A DNA stretch of 64,000 nt from Candidatus Latescibacterota bacterium (GTDB lineage Bacteria > Latescibacterota > UBA2968 > GCA-2709665). This document shows, piece by piece, positions 28,273-38,994 of the stretch (position 1 is the first letter of the stretch; the number at the start of each line of letters is the position of its first letter). The position numbers and the translations under genes were made by a program. The notes under the pieces are model-generated. The model saw nothing but the letters and a program-made list of their open reading frames with translations. It was not told the DNA's origin and searched no databases. The DNA lies in the NCBI GenBank assembly GCA_965237675.1, contig OZ250150.1:288001-352000 (forward strand), read 5' to 3'.

Positions 28273-29658
28273 TTACACGTTCTCGAATGTATTGAGCACG
28301 TCGATGACGCTCAGCCCGGTGTGATACCCGGGATCGGCATCCGCGGTGGCCGGAATGACCGGTACGACCCGTCCTGTTTGGTCGCGGGTCTGGTAGGCCA
28401 TCAGATGGAGGTCCGGGCGAACGAAGTGCCGTGTGAACGCGTTGTGGCAGGCGCTGAAAATGCGGAGGGCGTTCTCCTGTTCCGTGGCGGACGAGGCTAT
28501 GGCCCGGCAATAGGCGGCCGCGCGCAACGCTTCAGGCAGGTTCCACCAGGGCATGTCGGTATTGGCGGGAGTCCGGGACACCAGATCGAAAACTTTGCAG
28601 ATGCCGCCGGGGCCGGGCTGGAAACCGACCTCGAAGGTATGTTCGAGCAGAGACGGCATCAGAGCTTCGATGCCCGCGATTTCATCAAGTTGCTCCGTTC
28701 CTGCGAGGCCCTGTTCCCTGAGGGCCGTGGTGAACTTAAGCGTCAGGCCGACGAATTCCATGACGTGACCCGGATCGGAGAGGATCTTCCCGACGTCTTC
28801 GAAGGGCCGGCCGTCATCGTCCACGGCTTCCCAGAAGTCGTATTCCCGGAGCCCTGGAACCCGCCCGTTGAGGTTGACATAGGTCTCCAATTCGTGACGA
28901 ATGAGACGCAGGCCCGTTTCCACGCTGTCGGGACTTCCGTGCTCGGCCAGGACTGCCGCGGCGCCAATCTGGATCATGAACGGTCCGTGAGGGTGGCATC
29001 CCGGCCGGGGTCCCGTGGGATTCTTGGGATCCAGCGCGATCTGGTCGGTAACGAAGCGACCCTCGTGAATGGCGTCGTCCACCCGGCGGCAGTAGTCGAG
29101 GGCTTCGGTTTCGGCATCCCGCAACTTAAGGTAGCGGGCGGCAGCGACCATGCCTTTGGCGCAGAACAGGTCGCTGAATCCGTAGCTCGATTTCTCCGTG
29201 AGCCTCAGCCGCCGCGTCTCGCCTTCCTCGTCCAGTGTAAACGGGTTCCCCTGCGGTGACATGAAAAAGGTAAGGTGGCCGGCGTTTCGGGCGCGGATTT
29301 CAAGCAGCTTCGTGAGCAAATCGGCCGCGATGCGCTCCAGCCGGAGCCGGAGGCCCGCGGCCTGGTTGTGCCGACGCATCCAGAGACAGTGCCCCGTCAG
29401 GGACTCGAGACCGCGCCCCTGGATCCAGCCATAGACCGCTCCGGGGCCCCTGACGGGATCGTCCGCCGCGAAATCCTCTCCGGTGATCAGGTCGAGTTTG
29501 GTATCGATGTAGGGATAACCGGGAGTACGTTCATACCGATCCGCAATGGCGGCCATGACAGCGATCAGCATGGCGCGGTAGTCGGGCAGGACGGACCGTA
29601 CAGCGTCGACGCTTGGACGCTCAGGCAGGAGAACTCCCTGGTACACCGCTTCTGACAT
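28273..29658 (-). CDS. AGE/N-acylglucosamine 2-epimerase-like (alpha/alpha)6 protein
   Basis: WIQGR, H-GPFMI, DPGHVME, PWWNLPE, DPGYH histidine pattern. Confidence 0.6.
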   Translation of the reverse strand: MSEAVYQGVLLPERPSVDAVRSVLPDYRAMLIAVMAAIADRYERTPGYPYIDTKLDLITGEDFAADDPVRGPGAVYGWIQGRGLESLTGHCLWMRRHNQAAGLRLRLERIAADLLTKLLEIRARNAGHLTFFMSPQGNPFTLDEEGETRRLRLTEKSSYGFSDLFCAKGMVAAARYLKLRDAETEALDYCRRVDDAIHEGRFVTDQIALDPKNPTGPRPGCHPHGPFMIQIGAAAVLAEHGSPDSVETGLRLIRHELETYVNLNGRVPGLREYDFWEAVDDDGRPFEDVGKILSDPGHVMEFVGLTLKFTTALREQGLAGTEQLDEIAGIEALMPSLLEHTFEVGFQPGPGGICKVFDLVSRTPANTDMPWWNLPEALRAAAYCRAIASSATEQENALRIFSACHNAFTRHFVRPDLHLMAYQTRDQTGRVVPVIPATADADPGYHTGLSVIDVLNTFENV

Positions 29659-29766
29659 AGCAGCGACTCCCCGAGACGTGACCCGCGGATTCCCCTCGGG
29701 AAAAGGACGAAGTGTGCGCGACAAACTCCTATACGCTCCCGCTTCGCGCACAGGGGCCCGGGTGTG

Positions 29767-30603
29767 TCAGGACCAGACGTAGATTTCGCTGTCGTCGTCG
29801 GAATAGCCGATGAAGACGGCCAGGACGATTCTGGGGTCGGCTCCCTCGACCGCGGGGACCTCGTGGATGCAGCGGGTGTTGAAGAAGTAGAGATCGCCGG
29901 GTTCGAGGTCCACGCGGCAGTGTTCGATGTTGTTCTGCCGGGCGTATTCGTGAAAGGCGTTTGCGGCAATGTGAGATTCGACGTCTTCCGTCCACAGACA
30001 GCGGTGCAGGATGGCCTGGGTGGCCGGGCCGGCCTGGGCCGCGTTCTGGAAGCAGAGAACGCCCGCGAACTGGTGCTCAAAACGGGAGACCTCGTAATTA
30101 AAGCGTTTTTCACGGAGCGTGACGTGGTCAATGTGCGGCACGTAGGTGTGGTGGGTGTAGTGGATCCGGAAGATAGCCGGCCCGTAAAGGCGGGTGTCCG
30201 GTTCACGGGCGGTGAGCACCCGTTTCCCTGCGGCCAGGGCGGAGAGGCTGCCATAAATGACATCGACGGGGTTGTCGAAACCGTCGAAGAGATGTCCGAA
30301 AAGGTCCCGTGTCAGGGCGGCGTGTTCGAAAAAATCATTCCGGTCGTTACCCCGGTTTCCGAGACTGGTCCCGATGTCGATGCGGGTACGTTTGTCGTCG
30401 GAATCCACCTCCGAGGGATCCCGCATGAGACCCCGGTCTATGAAACGACGAATGAGGCCGGCGCACTGATCCGGGTCGTAGGCCTGCCGCAGAACGATCG
30501 CCGGTATCTCGGCCCTCGACAGGGCGTGGAGCGGACTGCCATAGCGCGCGGTGACGGAATTCAGGTTCGGACCCTCGGGCAGCCAGGTTTCGCCGGCGGT
30601 CAT
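29767..30603 (-). CDS. 2OG-Fe(II) dioxygenase-like protein
   Basis: PHID, PGDLYFFNTRCIHEV, RIV. Confidence 0.7.
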   Translation of the reverse strand: MTAGETWLPEGPNLNSVTARYGSPLHALSRAEIPAIVLRQAYDPDQCAGLIRRFIDRGLMRDPSEVDSDDKRTRIDIGTSLGNRGNDRNDFFEHAALTRDLFGHLFDGFDNPVDVIYGSLSALAAGKRVLTAREPDTRLYGPAIFRIHYTHHTYVPHIDHVTLREKRFNYEVSRFEHQFAGVLCFQNAAQAGPATQAILHRCLWTEDVESHIAANAFHEYARQNNIEHCRVDLEPGDLYFFNTRCIHEVPAVEGADPRIVLAVFIGYSDDDSEIYVWS

Positions 30604-30615
30604 AACGGATTCCTT

Positions 30616-31110
30616 TCAGGCCAGGTCTCTGAATTCGATGTGCAGGTGTTCCCGGTATTCCGTGAGTTGGCGATAGACGACTCCTGCGCTGTTGAACATG
30701 CGCTTCGAGGCTCGGACGGAGTCGGTTTCAGCGTATTTGTCCGCCAGGTAGATAACCTCTCCAATGCCGGACTGAATGATGACTTTGGCGCATTCGTTGC
30801 AGGGGAAGTGGGTGACGTAGACGGTGCAATTGTAGAGATTGGTGTCGATCTTGTTCAGGATCGCGTTGAGTTCGGCGTGGCAGATATAGGGATACTTGGT
30901 ATTGAGAAACTCTCCTTCCCTCTCCCAGGGATATTCGTCGTCGGAGCAGCCGATGGGCAGGCCGTTGTAACCGATGCCCACGATTTTCTTTTGTTCGTTG
31001 ATGATGCAGGCGCCCACTCGGGTGTTGGGGTCCTTGCTTCTCAGGGCGGAAAGCAGCGCAACGCCCATGAAATATTCGTCCCACGAGAGATAATCTTCGC
31101 GCTTGTTCAT
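30616..31110 (-). CDS. dCMP deaminase
   Basis: RSKDP, GYNG, CHAELNAI, FPCNECAK. Confidence 0.93.
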   Translation of the reverse strand: MNKREDYLSWDEYFMGVALLSALRSKDPNTRVGACIINEQKKIVGIGYNGLPIGCSDDEYPWEREGEFLNTKYPYICHAELNAILNKIDTNLYNCTVYVTHFPCNECAKVIIQSGIGEVIYLADKYAETDSVRASKRMFNSAGVVYRQLTEYREHLHIEFRDLA

Positions 31111-31307
31111 TTGAGATCCGGGTGGCGTAGAAGCGCTCGCAGCGCAGAGTCGGGCCGCCTGTACCGAAGACGGAGAGAATCGAGGGTCCCGGTCATCACA
31201 TTGTATCGCGGCTCCACATAAACGTTGTTAATATGACGTTCGGAAATCGAGATTGCAACGCTTTCTTAAGCCGGGGCGGTATAGGTTCATTAGCTGCAAA
31301 ACCATTA

Positions 31308-31342
31308 AATAAAAGGCATCCGCCCCCAACTGACGGATGCCT
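31308..31342 (-). terminator. Rho-independent terminator after the TonB-dependent receptor gene
   Basis: AGGCATCCG / CGGATGCCT stem followed by TTTTATTT on the minus strand. Confidence 0.7.
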
Positions 31343-31371
31343 ACTTCGGAATCGTTAAAGAAAACGGACCG

Positions 31372-34300
31372 TCAACGCCCGAGGCGGTAGGTAGCCGCCA
31401 GCTTCAGACGCCGTCCCTTGGGATCGTGCGTGAAGCCATCGTAGGCCTGCTCGATATTAACGAGAGGAGGCCTTGTGTCGAGCAGATTCATCCCGGAAAG
31501 CGCGATGTTCACCCCGTTGGGCAAGTTCCACAGAATAGTCACATCCCAGGTTACAAATGGGTCGATGGTACCGAACAGACTCCTGATCTCCGAATTATCG
31601 GAGCCCATCGACCCCCGGTCCTCGTAAGACGAAATGTAGTTCAGAAAGCTGGAGACACTGTAGTCTTCCCAGTAATAGCTCCCCGATATCCGGCCCTTGA
31701 ACTTGGGAAGCGACGTCGCGATGGGATTGCCGAAATTCAGGTACCCCGCGGCGTCCGCCGCCTCCTGGAGCGCCAGGCCGCCCAGATTCAGAGCCTTTGT
31801 CTCGTACGCCAGCGTATAGGTGCCATCCAGGCTCGCCGCGAATATCCCCGCTCCCGCCGGCGTCCTGGTGCCCAGATGCAAATCAAGCCCCGAGGTCTTG
31901 ACCCCCGGCCAATTGACGATATCGACTTGCACCCGCTCGAGTTCCGAGGCCGCACACGTGCCGGTGCCTATCCCGTCCGGGCAGACGATGAATTGCTTAA
32001 GGGCATCCTTATTCGCTTCATCGGCGTATAAGGCGGTAATGGCGCCGTGGGGCATGGAACCGATGACATCGTTGAAATTGTAACTCCAGTAGTCGAGTGT
32101 CGCTTCAAAGCCCGTCTCCGTGACCAGGGCGAGGCCCGTATTGTAGGTGAATGCCCGTTCGGGATCGAGTTCCTTGCTCCCGAACCGGTCCACCGTCTGG
32201 TAGGCGCCCGTCTCCTCGATCCACTCGAGCGTCGAAAGCGGGCTTTCATTCACGTCGTCCAGGGCTGGCGTGCGAAACGTCGTCTGTACCGAGCCGCGCA
32301 GGAACAAGGATTGGGCCGGGGATTCCACCAGCTGATAGCGCCATCCGAACTTGGGATCGAAACTGCTCGCCACGTCGTGGAACTCGTAGTTGGCGGCGAG
32401 TTGCATATCAAAACGCTCTTCCAGGCTAAGGGGAATCTCGGCAAAGAAGCGATGCACCGTCTGAGATTCATCATAAGGCCGATTCACATTGGTGAACGCA
32501 TAGGGACCGAACCTGTCCTCCGCTGAGCAGTTCCTATCCCCGACAACCGGACAGGGGTTGATGGTCACGTCACCGGCGTCGTTGGGATCGCCGCTGGCAT
32601 TGAACAGACGGAACTGGTAGCCGGCGGCGTAACTCGCGTCTAACCAGACATTTTCGGTCCATGTTCCCGTCAGCTTCGCCTCGGCGACCAGCAGGTCGGC
32701 TGTGCTTTGCAGATCGACTTCCTGGTTGAGCCATTGCCGCAATTCGGAGCTGTTGGCAAGGCCGGCGCGGTAGTCGGGATTCGCCTGGGTTGTATACTGC
32801 GAGCCATGTTGATCCGCGAACTCGATGGCGTTGCCGAAGGGATTGTAGTACTGACAGTCGCCCTGACCCGCCACCTGGCCGCTGAGCGGGCCCAGCCGCA
32901 TCCCGGCAAGGGACGTGCGATCCGCCGCCGCGCCAACGCCGCAACGCGGCCCACCGAAGCCCCGGAATCCGAGGAAGAGTCGCTCGATGTACACACCCGG
33001 CAGGTTGTAGTTGCCCTCGGTGCGTGAATAGGTCAGGCCCACGTCGAAATGCGCGTCCCGCCCGCCGAATGCCTCGAAGTCGCGATTCGCGGAAGCCGCC
33101 AGGCGCAACGTGCGGGAGTCGCGGTCCAGTGTGCGCCCGGGGCCCGAGTTTCCGAACGGACGACCGTTGAAATACCAGTTCTCGCCGCCCCGGCACGCCT
33201 CGTAGTATGGGTCAGACGGCTCGGCGCCGTAGTCCTCGCAGAATGCCCCCCGGCCCGGGTGGTCGGGTGCCACCTCCATGATACTCGTGTCCGTTAAGGG
33301 GAACGGGGGATACGAAGGCGTCGTGTACCAATCGGCAATCCTTGCCAGGGCCCACAGGCCCTCGAAGTGATACTCCGTGCCGTTGTCCAGAGTACCGTTG
33401 ATCTCGGCGAAAGCACGGGTATGGCTCATGTCCTCGATCAGATTCTCATACTGCTGATAGCGGAAGCGGCATGTCCAGGACTCCTTGAAGCCCCCGAATT
33501 CCTCGCAACGGGGGGCATGGATCGCGGCGGTCCACGGGGTGGGGGCCCCGATGGCGAACGTACCGGGATTCCCCAGGCTCGACCATCCCAGGCGCTGCCC
33601 TCCGCCGTGCCACGGCTGCAGCAGGTAGTCCCTTTCGGAGGCCGGCAACTTTTGCCGTCCCCGCCATTCCGCGGAAACAACCGCGTGGGCCTCGCCGAGT
33701 TTGCCGCCCCATATCGCGCCGGCGTTGGTATCGCCGGCGCCGGGGAAATATTCGTGCGCGGCGGAGACTTCGAAGCCCTCGAAGTCGTCGCGCGTAAGGA
33801 AATTGGCCACGCCGGCCACCGCATCCGACCCGTAAATGGCAGAGGCCCCCTCCTTGAGCACCTCGACCCGGTCAACGGCGATGGAGGGGATCACATTGAC
33901 GTCGACAAAGCGACCGCCGATCAGGCGCGCGGGGACGTAGGTCTGGCGGCGGCTGTTGATCAGCACCAGGGTGCGCGAAGCTCCCAGGCCCCGCAGGTTG
34001 ACGTTCGCGATGCTCTCCGTGAGGGTGGCGGCCTGACCGGCGTTGTACCAACTGCTCCGCTCGCCGATCACGCCGTGGCTCGCGCCCAGATTTTTGAAAA
34101 AATCTACGGCCTGCGGAGAGCCCTGCTCGGCCATTTTTTCCCGCCCGACCACGGCAACCGCGTAGGTCAGGTTGATGGGGGATTCCTTGAAGGCCGTGCC
34201 GGTCACCACCAGTTCGTCCATGTAATGCATGGAAAGTTCCATCTGCAACGTGACGGTCAGCGTCGCTCCGGGGGACACGGTGATCGCGCGCGTCACTGGC

Positions 34301-34557
34301 GGGTAGCCGATCAGGTCTGCCCTCAGTTCGTGGGCGCCTGGCGGCACGTTTTGGATGGTAAAACGGCCCTGCGCATCCGACACGCCGACCAGGTTCAGGA
34401 TTGCGATGGAAACATCCACACCTTCCAAAGCGTCCCCGCTTTCCGCGTCGACCACGGTTCCTGTGACGGTCCCGGTCGATTGCGCCCCAGCCCCGGGCAC
34501 ATGGAAAAGCATGGCCACACATACCAGAAACGGAACATATCTGCCGTGGAATTTCAT
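31372..34557 (-). CDS. TonB-dependent receptor with N-terminal carboxypeptidase-regulatory-like domain
   Basis: Signal peptide, GTVTGTVVDAESG, DELVVTG, NLRGLG..RTLVLINSRR, EVLKEGASAIYGSDAVAGV. Confidence 0.92.
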   Translation of the reverse strand: MKFHGRYVPFLVCVAMLFHVPGAGAQSTGTVTGTVVDAESGDALEGVDVSIAILNLVGVSDAQGRFTIQNVPPGAHELRADLIGYPPVTRAITVSPGATLTVTLQMELSMHYMDELVVTGTAFKESPINLTYAVAVVGREKMAEQGSPQAVDFFKNLGASHGVIGERSSWYNAGQAATLTESIANVNLRGLGASRTLVLINSRRQTYVPARLIGGRFVDVNVIPSIAVDRVEVLKEGASAIYGSDAVAGVANFLTRDDFEGFEVSAAHEYFPGAGDTNAGAIWGGKLGEAHAVVSAEWRGRQKLPASERDYLLQPWHGGGQRLGWSSLGNPGTFAIGAPTPWTAAIHAPRCEEFGGFKESWTCRFRYQQYENLIEDMSHTRAFAEINGTLDNGTEYHFEGLWALARIADWYTTPSYPPFPLTDTSIMEVAPDHPGRGAFCEDYGAEPSDPYYEACRGGENWYFNGRPFGNSGPGRTLDRDSRTLRLAASANRDFEAFGGRDAHFDVGLTYSRTEGNYNLPGVYIERLFLGFRGFGGPRCGVGAAADRTSLAGMRLGPLSGQVAGQGDCQYYNPFGNAIEFADQHGSQYTTQANPDYRAGLANSSELRQWLNQEVDLQSTADLLVAEAKLTGTWTENVWLDASYAAGYQFRLFNASGDPNDAGDVTINPCPVVGDRNCSAEDRFGPYAFTNVNRPYDESQTVHRFFAEIPLSLEERFDMQLAANYEFHDVASSFDPKFGWRYQLVESPAQSLFLRGSVQTTFRTPALDDVNESPLSTLEWIEETGAYQTVDRFGSKELDPERAFTYNTGLALVTETGFEATLDYWSYNFNDVIGSMPHGAITALYADEANKDALKQFIVCPDGIGTGTCAASELERVQVDIVNWPGVKTSGLDLHLGTRTPAGAGIFAASLDGTYTLAYETKALNLGGLALQEAADAAGYLNFGNPIATSLPKFKGRISGSYYWEDYSVSSFLNYISSYEDRGSMGSDNSEIRSLFGTIDPFVTWDVTILWNLPNGVNIALSGMNLLDTRPPLVNIEQAYDGFTHDPKGRRLKLAATYRLGR

Positions 34558-34653
34558 AGGACGTCCTCCACTTGTCGATTCAGGCGTACATAAATATCGG
34601 CCTGTTTTCATGCCGCCGGGACGGCATTCACATGCGCCCACATGAATTTCTCC

Positions 34654-36207
34654 TCAACGCGTTTCGTCCCGGAGTCCTTTCCAAAGGCAGACTGCCATTA
34701 CCACGAGGACAATGGCGAAGGGCAAGCCGGTTGCCAGGGAGGCGGCCTGCAATGCCTCCAATCCTCCGCCAAGCAGGAGTGCAATCGCCACCAGCCCCTC
34801 GATTATACACCAGAAAACGCGTTGTGCCACTGGCGCGTCAACCCGGCCGCCGGCCGCAATGGTATCGATAATGAGCGACCCGGAGTCCGACGACGTAACG
34901 AAAAAAACGATGGTCAGAAGCATTGCGACGGACGAAAGCAGCGTCGACATCGGCAATTTGTCGAGCATTTTAAACAGTGCAATCTCAAGCTTCCATGCCT
35001 CAACATTCCCGGTGACACCGTCATAGCCCTCTACGATGTGCTGATGGAACGCGGTGCCGCCAAAGACGCCGAACCACAACAGACACAGCAGTGTGGGCAA
35101 CAGCAACACGAAGACAACGAATTCGCGAACCGTGCGCCCCTTTGAAACGCGGGCGATAAATGTTCCCACGAACGGCGCCCATGCAAACCACCACGCAAAA
35201 TAGAACGTGGTCCAGTTCTGCACAAAACCGGTATCCTCGCGCCCGATCCAGTTGCTGAGAGGTACGATTTTTGACAGGTACCCGCCAACCCCGGCAACAA
35301 TACTGCGGAAAGCGTAGCTGGTAGGACCGAGCAGAAACACGGCCAGCAGCAACAGAAGCGCGAGTATGACGTTGAACTGGCTCAGACGCTTGATACCCAC
35401 ATCGATACCGGTTAACACCGATGTCAGCGCGATGGACGTGATGACCACGATCAAAACCACCATGGTCGTGTTGTTCGCGGGAATATCGAACAGATAGTTG
35501 AACCCGGTCGTCACCTGCTGAACCCCCAGGCCGAGGGAGGTGGCAAGCCCGAACAACCCCGCAAATATGGCAAAGGTGTCGATGACGTGTCCCGGCCAGC
35601 CCCAGACGCGGTCGCCCAGAAGGGGATGGAACGCCGAGCGGATCGTGAGCGGCAACCCGCGGTTGTACGCGAAGTAGCCGAGAGCGAGTCCCACGACGCC
35701 GTAGATCGCCCAGCCGTGCAGCCCCCAGTGAAACGCCGTCGCCGCGATACCGGTGATGGCGGCCTCGTCCGTTCCCGGAGCGATGCCAAGCGGCGGCTTC
35801 CGGAAGTAGTAGACCGGCTCGGCCACCCCGAAAAACAGCAGACCGATACCCACGCCGGCCGCGAAGAGCATGGCCAGCCAGGTTGACTTGGAATATTCGG
35901 GTTTCGCGTCTTCACCGCCAAGGCGCACCCTGCCGAGAGGCGATATGGCGAAATATAGGCAGAACAGCACGATGAGATTGGCGGCAATGATGAAAAACCA
36001 GTCGAGATTTGTGGTCAGCCATTCACGGGTTGCTTTGAAAACTTCCGTCGCGGCTTCCCTGAAGACAAGCGACCCCAGGACAAAGGTGACAATGGTGATA
36101 CTGGAAATCACAAACACGGGCGTCAGATAGATATCCAGTCCGAACAGCTTCCGGTATTCCCGGCCATCCAGCGATTGCGGTTGTATTCCTTCTGCAGACA
36201 CTCGCAA
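34654..36207 (-). CDS. BCCT-family (betaine/choline/carnitine) transporter
   Basis: WLAMLFAAGVGIG, FHWGLHGW, WWFAWAPFVGTFIARVSKGRT, FFVTSSDSG. Confidence 0.93.
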   Translation of the reverse strand: MRVSAEGIQPQSLDGREYRKLFGLDIYLTPVFVISSITIVTFVLGSLVFREAATEVFKATREWLTTNLDWFFIIAANLIVLFCLYFAISPLGRVRLGGEDAKPEYSKSTWLAMLFAAGVGIGLLFFGVAEPVYYFRKPPLGIAPGTDEAAITGIAATAFHWGLHGWAIYGVVGLALGYFAYNRGLPLTIRSAFHPLLGDRVWGWPGHVIDTFAIFAGLFGLATSLGLGVQQVTTGFNYLFDIPANNTTMVVLIVVITSIALTSVLTGIDVGIKRLSQFNVILALLLLLAVFLLGPTSYAFRSIVAGVGGYLSKIVPLSNWIGREDTGFVQNWTTFYFAWWFAWAPFVGTFIARVSKGRTVREFVVFVLLLPTLLCLLWFGVFGGTAFHQHIVEGYDGVTGNVEAWKLEIALFKMLDKLPMSTLLSSVAMLLTIVFFVTSSDSGSLIIDTIAAGGRVDAPVAQRVFWCIIEGLVAIALLLGGGLEALQAASLATGLPFAIVLVVMAVCLWKGLRDETR

Positions 36208-36493
36208 ATTTTCCTCTCATCAAAGCCAGGTTGGATAGGCGGCCGCGAAGCGCAGGACCTTAAGATTGCACCCCGTCGCCCCACGGACCGTTATATCGTT
36301 AAATATAGCATGTTATTTCAATTTGACAATCTTTCGACACGTGGCTCCGAGTAAGATCCAAGGGTTCCGGGAGCAAGGCGCGCGTGGGCGACCGCGCTTG
36401 CCTGGTTTCCAGGTGACCTGAAAAGGGCCGGTATGGCCGAATCGCGTTGTGCGTAAGGCAGTCTGAAGTGTGCTGATTGAAAATCGTTGAATT

Positions 36494-37810
36494 TCAGGTC
36501 GCTCGGGTCTCACCGGCGCGGGTCAGCGCCTGTTTCATCGCAATGGGGCCGATCATCTGATTCACGGCGATGACGGCGACGATCACGGTTACAAAGGCGT
36601 CTCCCCAGCCCGGAAAGCGCCGGGTGACCTCCAGGGCCAGGCCCAGGCTGACGCCGGCCTGGGTGAGGTAGGCCATACCCGCAATACGGTTGAAGCGCGC
36701 CGGGTCGCCGCCGAGGCGCCCGCCGGTGTACGCGCCCAGGTAAATGGCGGCGGCCCTGACGCCGACGAGCAGGATCGCAATGGTCCAGGTCTGCATCAGG
36801 GCGTCCAGGTTCAGCCCCGCTCCCGCCAGCGTGAAAAAGAGTACGTACACGGGAAGGCTGACGGACTCGATCGCTTCAATAAAGTGCGAACCCTGGCGGG
36901 AGACGTTCTGCACGGTGAAGCCCGCGGTAACGCAGATCAGCAACGGTTCCAGATGGATGGTGAGATGATAAGCCTCTTTGACGTATGCGGCAAATCCGTG
37001 GGAGATGCTGGTCACCATAAGGGCCGTGCCCAGCAGGAGAAGCGGAAGGTTTGCCCGCACGCGGTCGATGTAATAACCCAGCGCCAGACCCACGATCAGA
37101 CCCGTTCCGATACCCAGGAGGATTTCCATGCTCAGACCGGCGATAAACCCGAGGTCCAGGGTGGCGGCCGGTGACATCATGACCTCGCAGAAGGAGATCG
37201 CTGCTGCAAAAAGCACGATGACGAATACATCCATTGCGACCGTGACGCCGAGCGCGGTTTCCGTGAAGGGACCCAGCGCCCGGGTTTCGTTGATAATGGC
37301 GATAGCGCTGGAGGGCGAACGCGCTACGGCAAGGACCCCGAAGAGCATGCCCACCGCCAGCACCTGGAGACTCGAAAAGGCGGCTGTGAATGGCAGCAGC
37401 GATCGCGTAAACCACACAAAGATGGTGACAATGGAAAAGACGATGGCTGTGAGCGAAAGAATCGTAAGGAGGATGACCTTCATCCGGTCCTTCAGATCGA
37501 CAACTCGCAGTTCTCCGCCCGCGGCCAGGGCGATGAATGTAACCGCCAGTTCGTTCAGAAAACCGAGTTGGCCCACGGCTTCAACCGTCAGGAAGCCGAG
37601 CATGTAGGGCCCCGTGAGCATGCCGACGCACAGGTAACCCGTTATTCGCGGCAGGCGCAGTTTTGAAAATACATGGCCCGCCACGTGGCCCGAGAGGAAG
37701 AGCAGGCCCACGACCAGGGTTGTGTAAGCACCCGGGGCGCTGCCCGGAGGTATGGCGCCGACCCAGGCCATCAGAAGGCTCAGGGCGATGAAGATGAGGA
37801 TAAGCCTCAT
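36494..37810 (-). CDS. Cation:proton antiporter (CPA2-like)
   Basis: LPRITGY, AGGEL, RSPSSAIA, FFTLAGA, QAGVSLGL; real start MRLILI overlapping the upstream stop. Confidence 0.85.
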   Translation of the reverse strand: MRLILIFIALSLLMAWVGAIPPGSAPGAYTTLVVGLLFLSGHVAGHVFSKLRLPRITGYLCVGMLTGPYMLGFLTVEAVGQLGFLNELAVTFIALAAGGELRVVDLKDRMKVILLTILSLTAIVFSIVTIFVWFTRSLLPFTAAFSSLQVLAVGMLFGVLAVARSPSSAIAIINETRALGPFTETALGVTVAMDVFVIVLFAAAISFCEVMMSPAATLDLGFIAGLSMEILLGIGTGLIVGLALGYYIDRVRANLPLLLLGTALMVTSISHGFAAYVKEAYHLTIHLEPLLICVTAGFTVQNVSRQGSHFIEAIESVSLPVYVLFFTLAGAGLNLDALMQTWTIAILLVGVRAAAIYLGAYTGGRLGGDPARFNRIAGMAYLTQAGVSLGLALEVTRRFPGWGDAFVTVIVAVIAVNQMIGPIAMKQALTRAGETRAT

Positions 37811-38994
37811 GGGGTTTTTTTCAGCAGGCGTCTTAACGAGGCCGGAGCGATGAGTTCGCTGATAAGGATGCCCAGCAGGACGATGGATATGACGACATCC
37901 GTAAGCTCGGAGCGGTGGATCTGGTGCAGGTTGACCACGATGGCCACGGCCATGCCGCCATGGGATAGCAGGCCGAGGCCCAGTCCGTTCAGGGCTCGGG
38001 ACTCGGGCAGGAAGAACTGAACGGAAAGGTAGGCGCCAAGGGTCTTGCCAAGGGTACGGGCGAGGATGTAGATCGGCACCAGAACCAGAAGCCAGGCCGA
38101 GTCGATGCGCCAGCCGGCGCCTACCAGGATGAGAAAGAGGATATAGATGGAGTGCTCGCCCCTCATGAGGACATTGCGAATGCCGGCTCTCGCACGGCCC
38201 CTTGCCAGGTTGGCGACAACGGCGCCGGCGATGAGGTTGACGAGGAGGGGAGATAGGCTGAGATACAGTGCGAGTCCGCCGGAGAACGTAATGGCGCCCA
38301 TGACAACCAGGAGCATTTCTTCGTTCTTGAGACGGTAGGCGGTCAGCGCAACGATGAGCAGGCCAACGGTGAGGCCGAGCCCCACGGAGATGCCGATCCA
38401 GATGATGGTGGATGTGCCGGGATGTAAAACGGCCAGACAGGATATGAGACCGAAGGCGGTGAGGCCCACCAGATCGTCGATATTCGAGACGTTTTTGAGA
38501 AGCCGCATCAGGGGCCGCACGGAAGACCGCGTGTTTCGGGCAAATAGCGTCAGACCGCTGGATGCCGTGCCCGATGCCGCGGCGGCCAAGGTGACGGCGC
38601 CGATCACCAACAGGTCCGTCTCGTGCGAGAAAAGGCGGTGGAACAGCAGGAAGAAGGGAACCGCAACGACGAAGATGGTTATCAGACTCTGGGCGAGCGC
38701 AATGCCGTAGACCCTTGGCGGAATATGAGTCAGCCGTCGAAGCTCCCACTGAACTCCGAAGAGCATGCCGATCCATGAGAGACCCATGCCCATAAATGGA
38801 TAGAGGCCGTCGAGCGTCGGTGCGTCGAGCAGGTCAAGCGCAGCGCCACCGAGGAGAAGGCCGACCAGGAGGTATTCAATGCCTGTTAGAAAGAGATTCC
38901 TGATGCCCAGTGGCAGGCGGATATGGACGAAGCTGAGCCGGGAACCGACAAAGGCGATAACGACGATCAGAATGGCGGCGGAGACCAGCTTCAT
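37807..38994 (-). CDS. Second CPA-like membrane protein
   Basis: Multiple TM helices, GLGLLSHGGMAVAI. Confidence 0.7.
   Translation of the reverse strand: MKLVSAAILIVVIAFVGSRLSFVHIRLPLGIRNLFLTGIEYLLVGLLLGGAALDLLDAPTLDGLYPFMGMGLSWIGMLFGVQWELRRLTHIPPRVYGIALAQSLITIFVVAVPFFLLFHRLFSHETDLLVIGAVTLAAAASGTASSGLTLFARNTRSSVRPLMRLLKNVSNIDDLVGLTAFGLISCLAVLHPGTSTIIWIGISVGLGLTVGLLIVALTAYRLKNEEMLLVVMGAITFSGGLALYLSLSPLLVNLIAGAVVANLARGRARAGIRNVLMRGEHSIYILFLILVGAGWRIDSAWLLVLVPIYILARTLGKTLGAYLSVQFFLPESRALNGLGLGLLSHGGMAVAIVVNLHQIHRSELTDVVISIVLLGILISELIAPASLRRLLKKTP

Noticed and set aside
29764-31221. Long plus-strand ORFs (also 60389-62251, 33367-34593, 7010-8098)
   Set aside because: Antisense shadows of well-supported genes in GC-rich DNA.
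37811-38776. N-terminal half of the 760-aa ORF 36494-38776
   Set aside because: Alternative-frame overlap with the real gene 37807-38994; the true start is at 37810.
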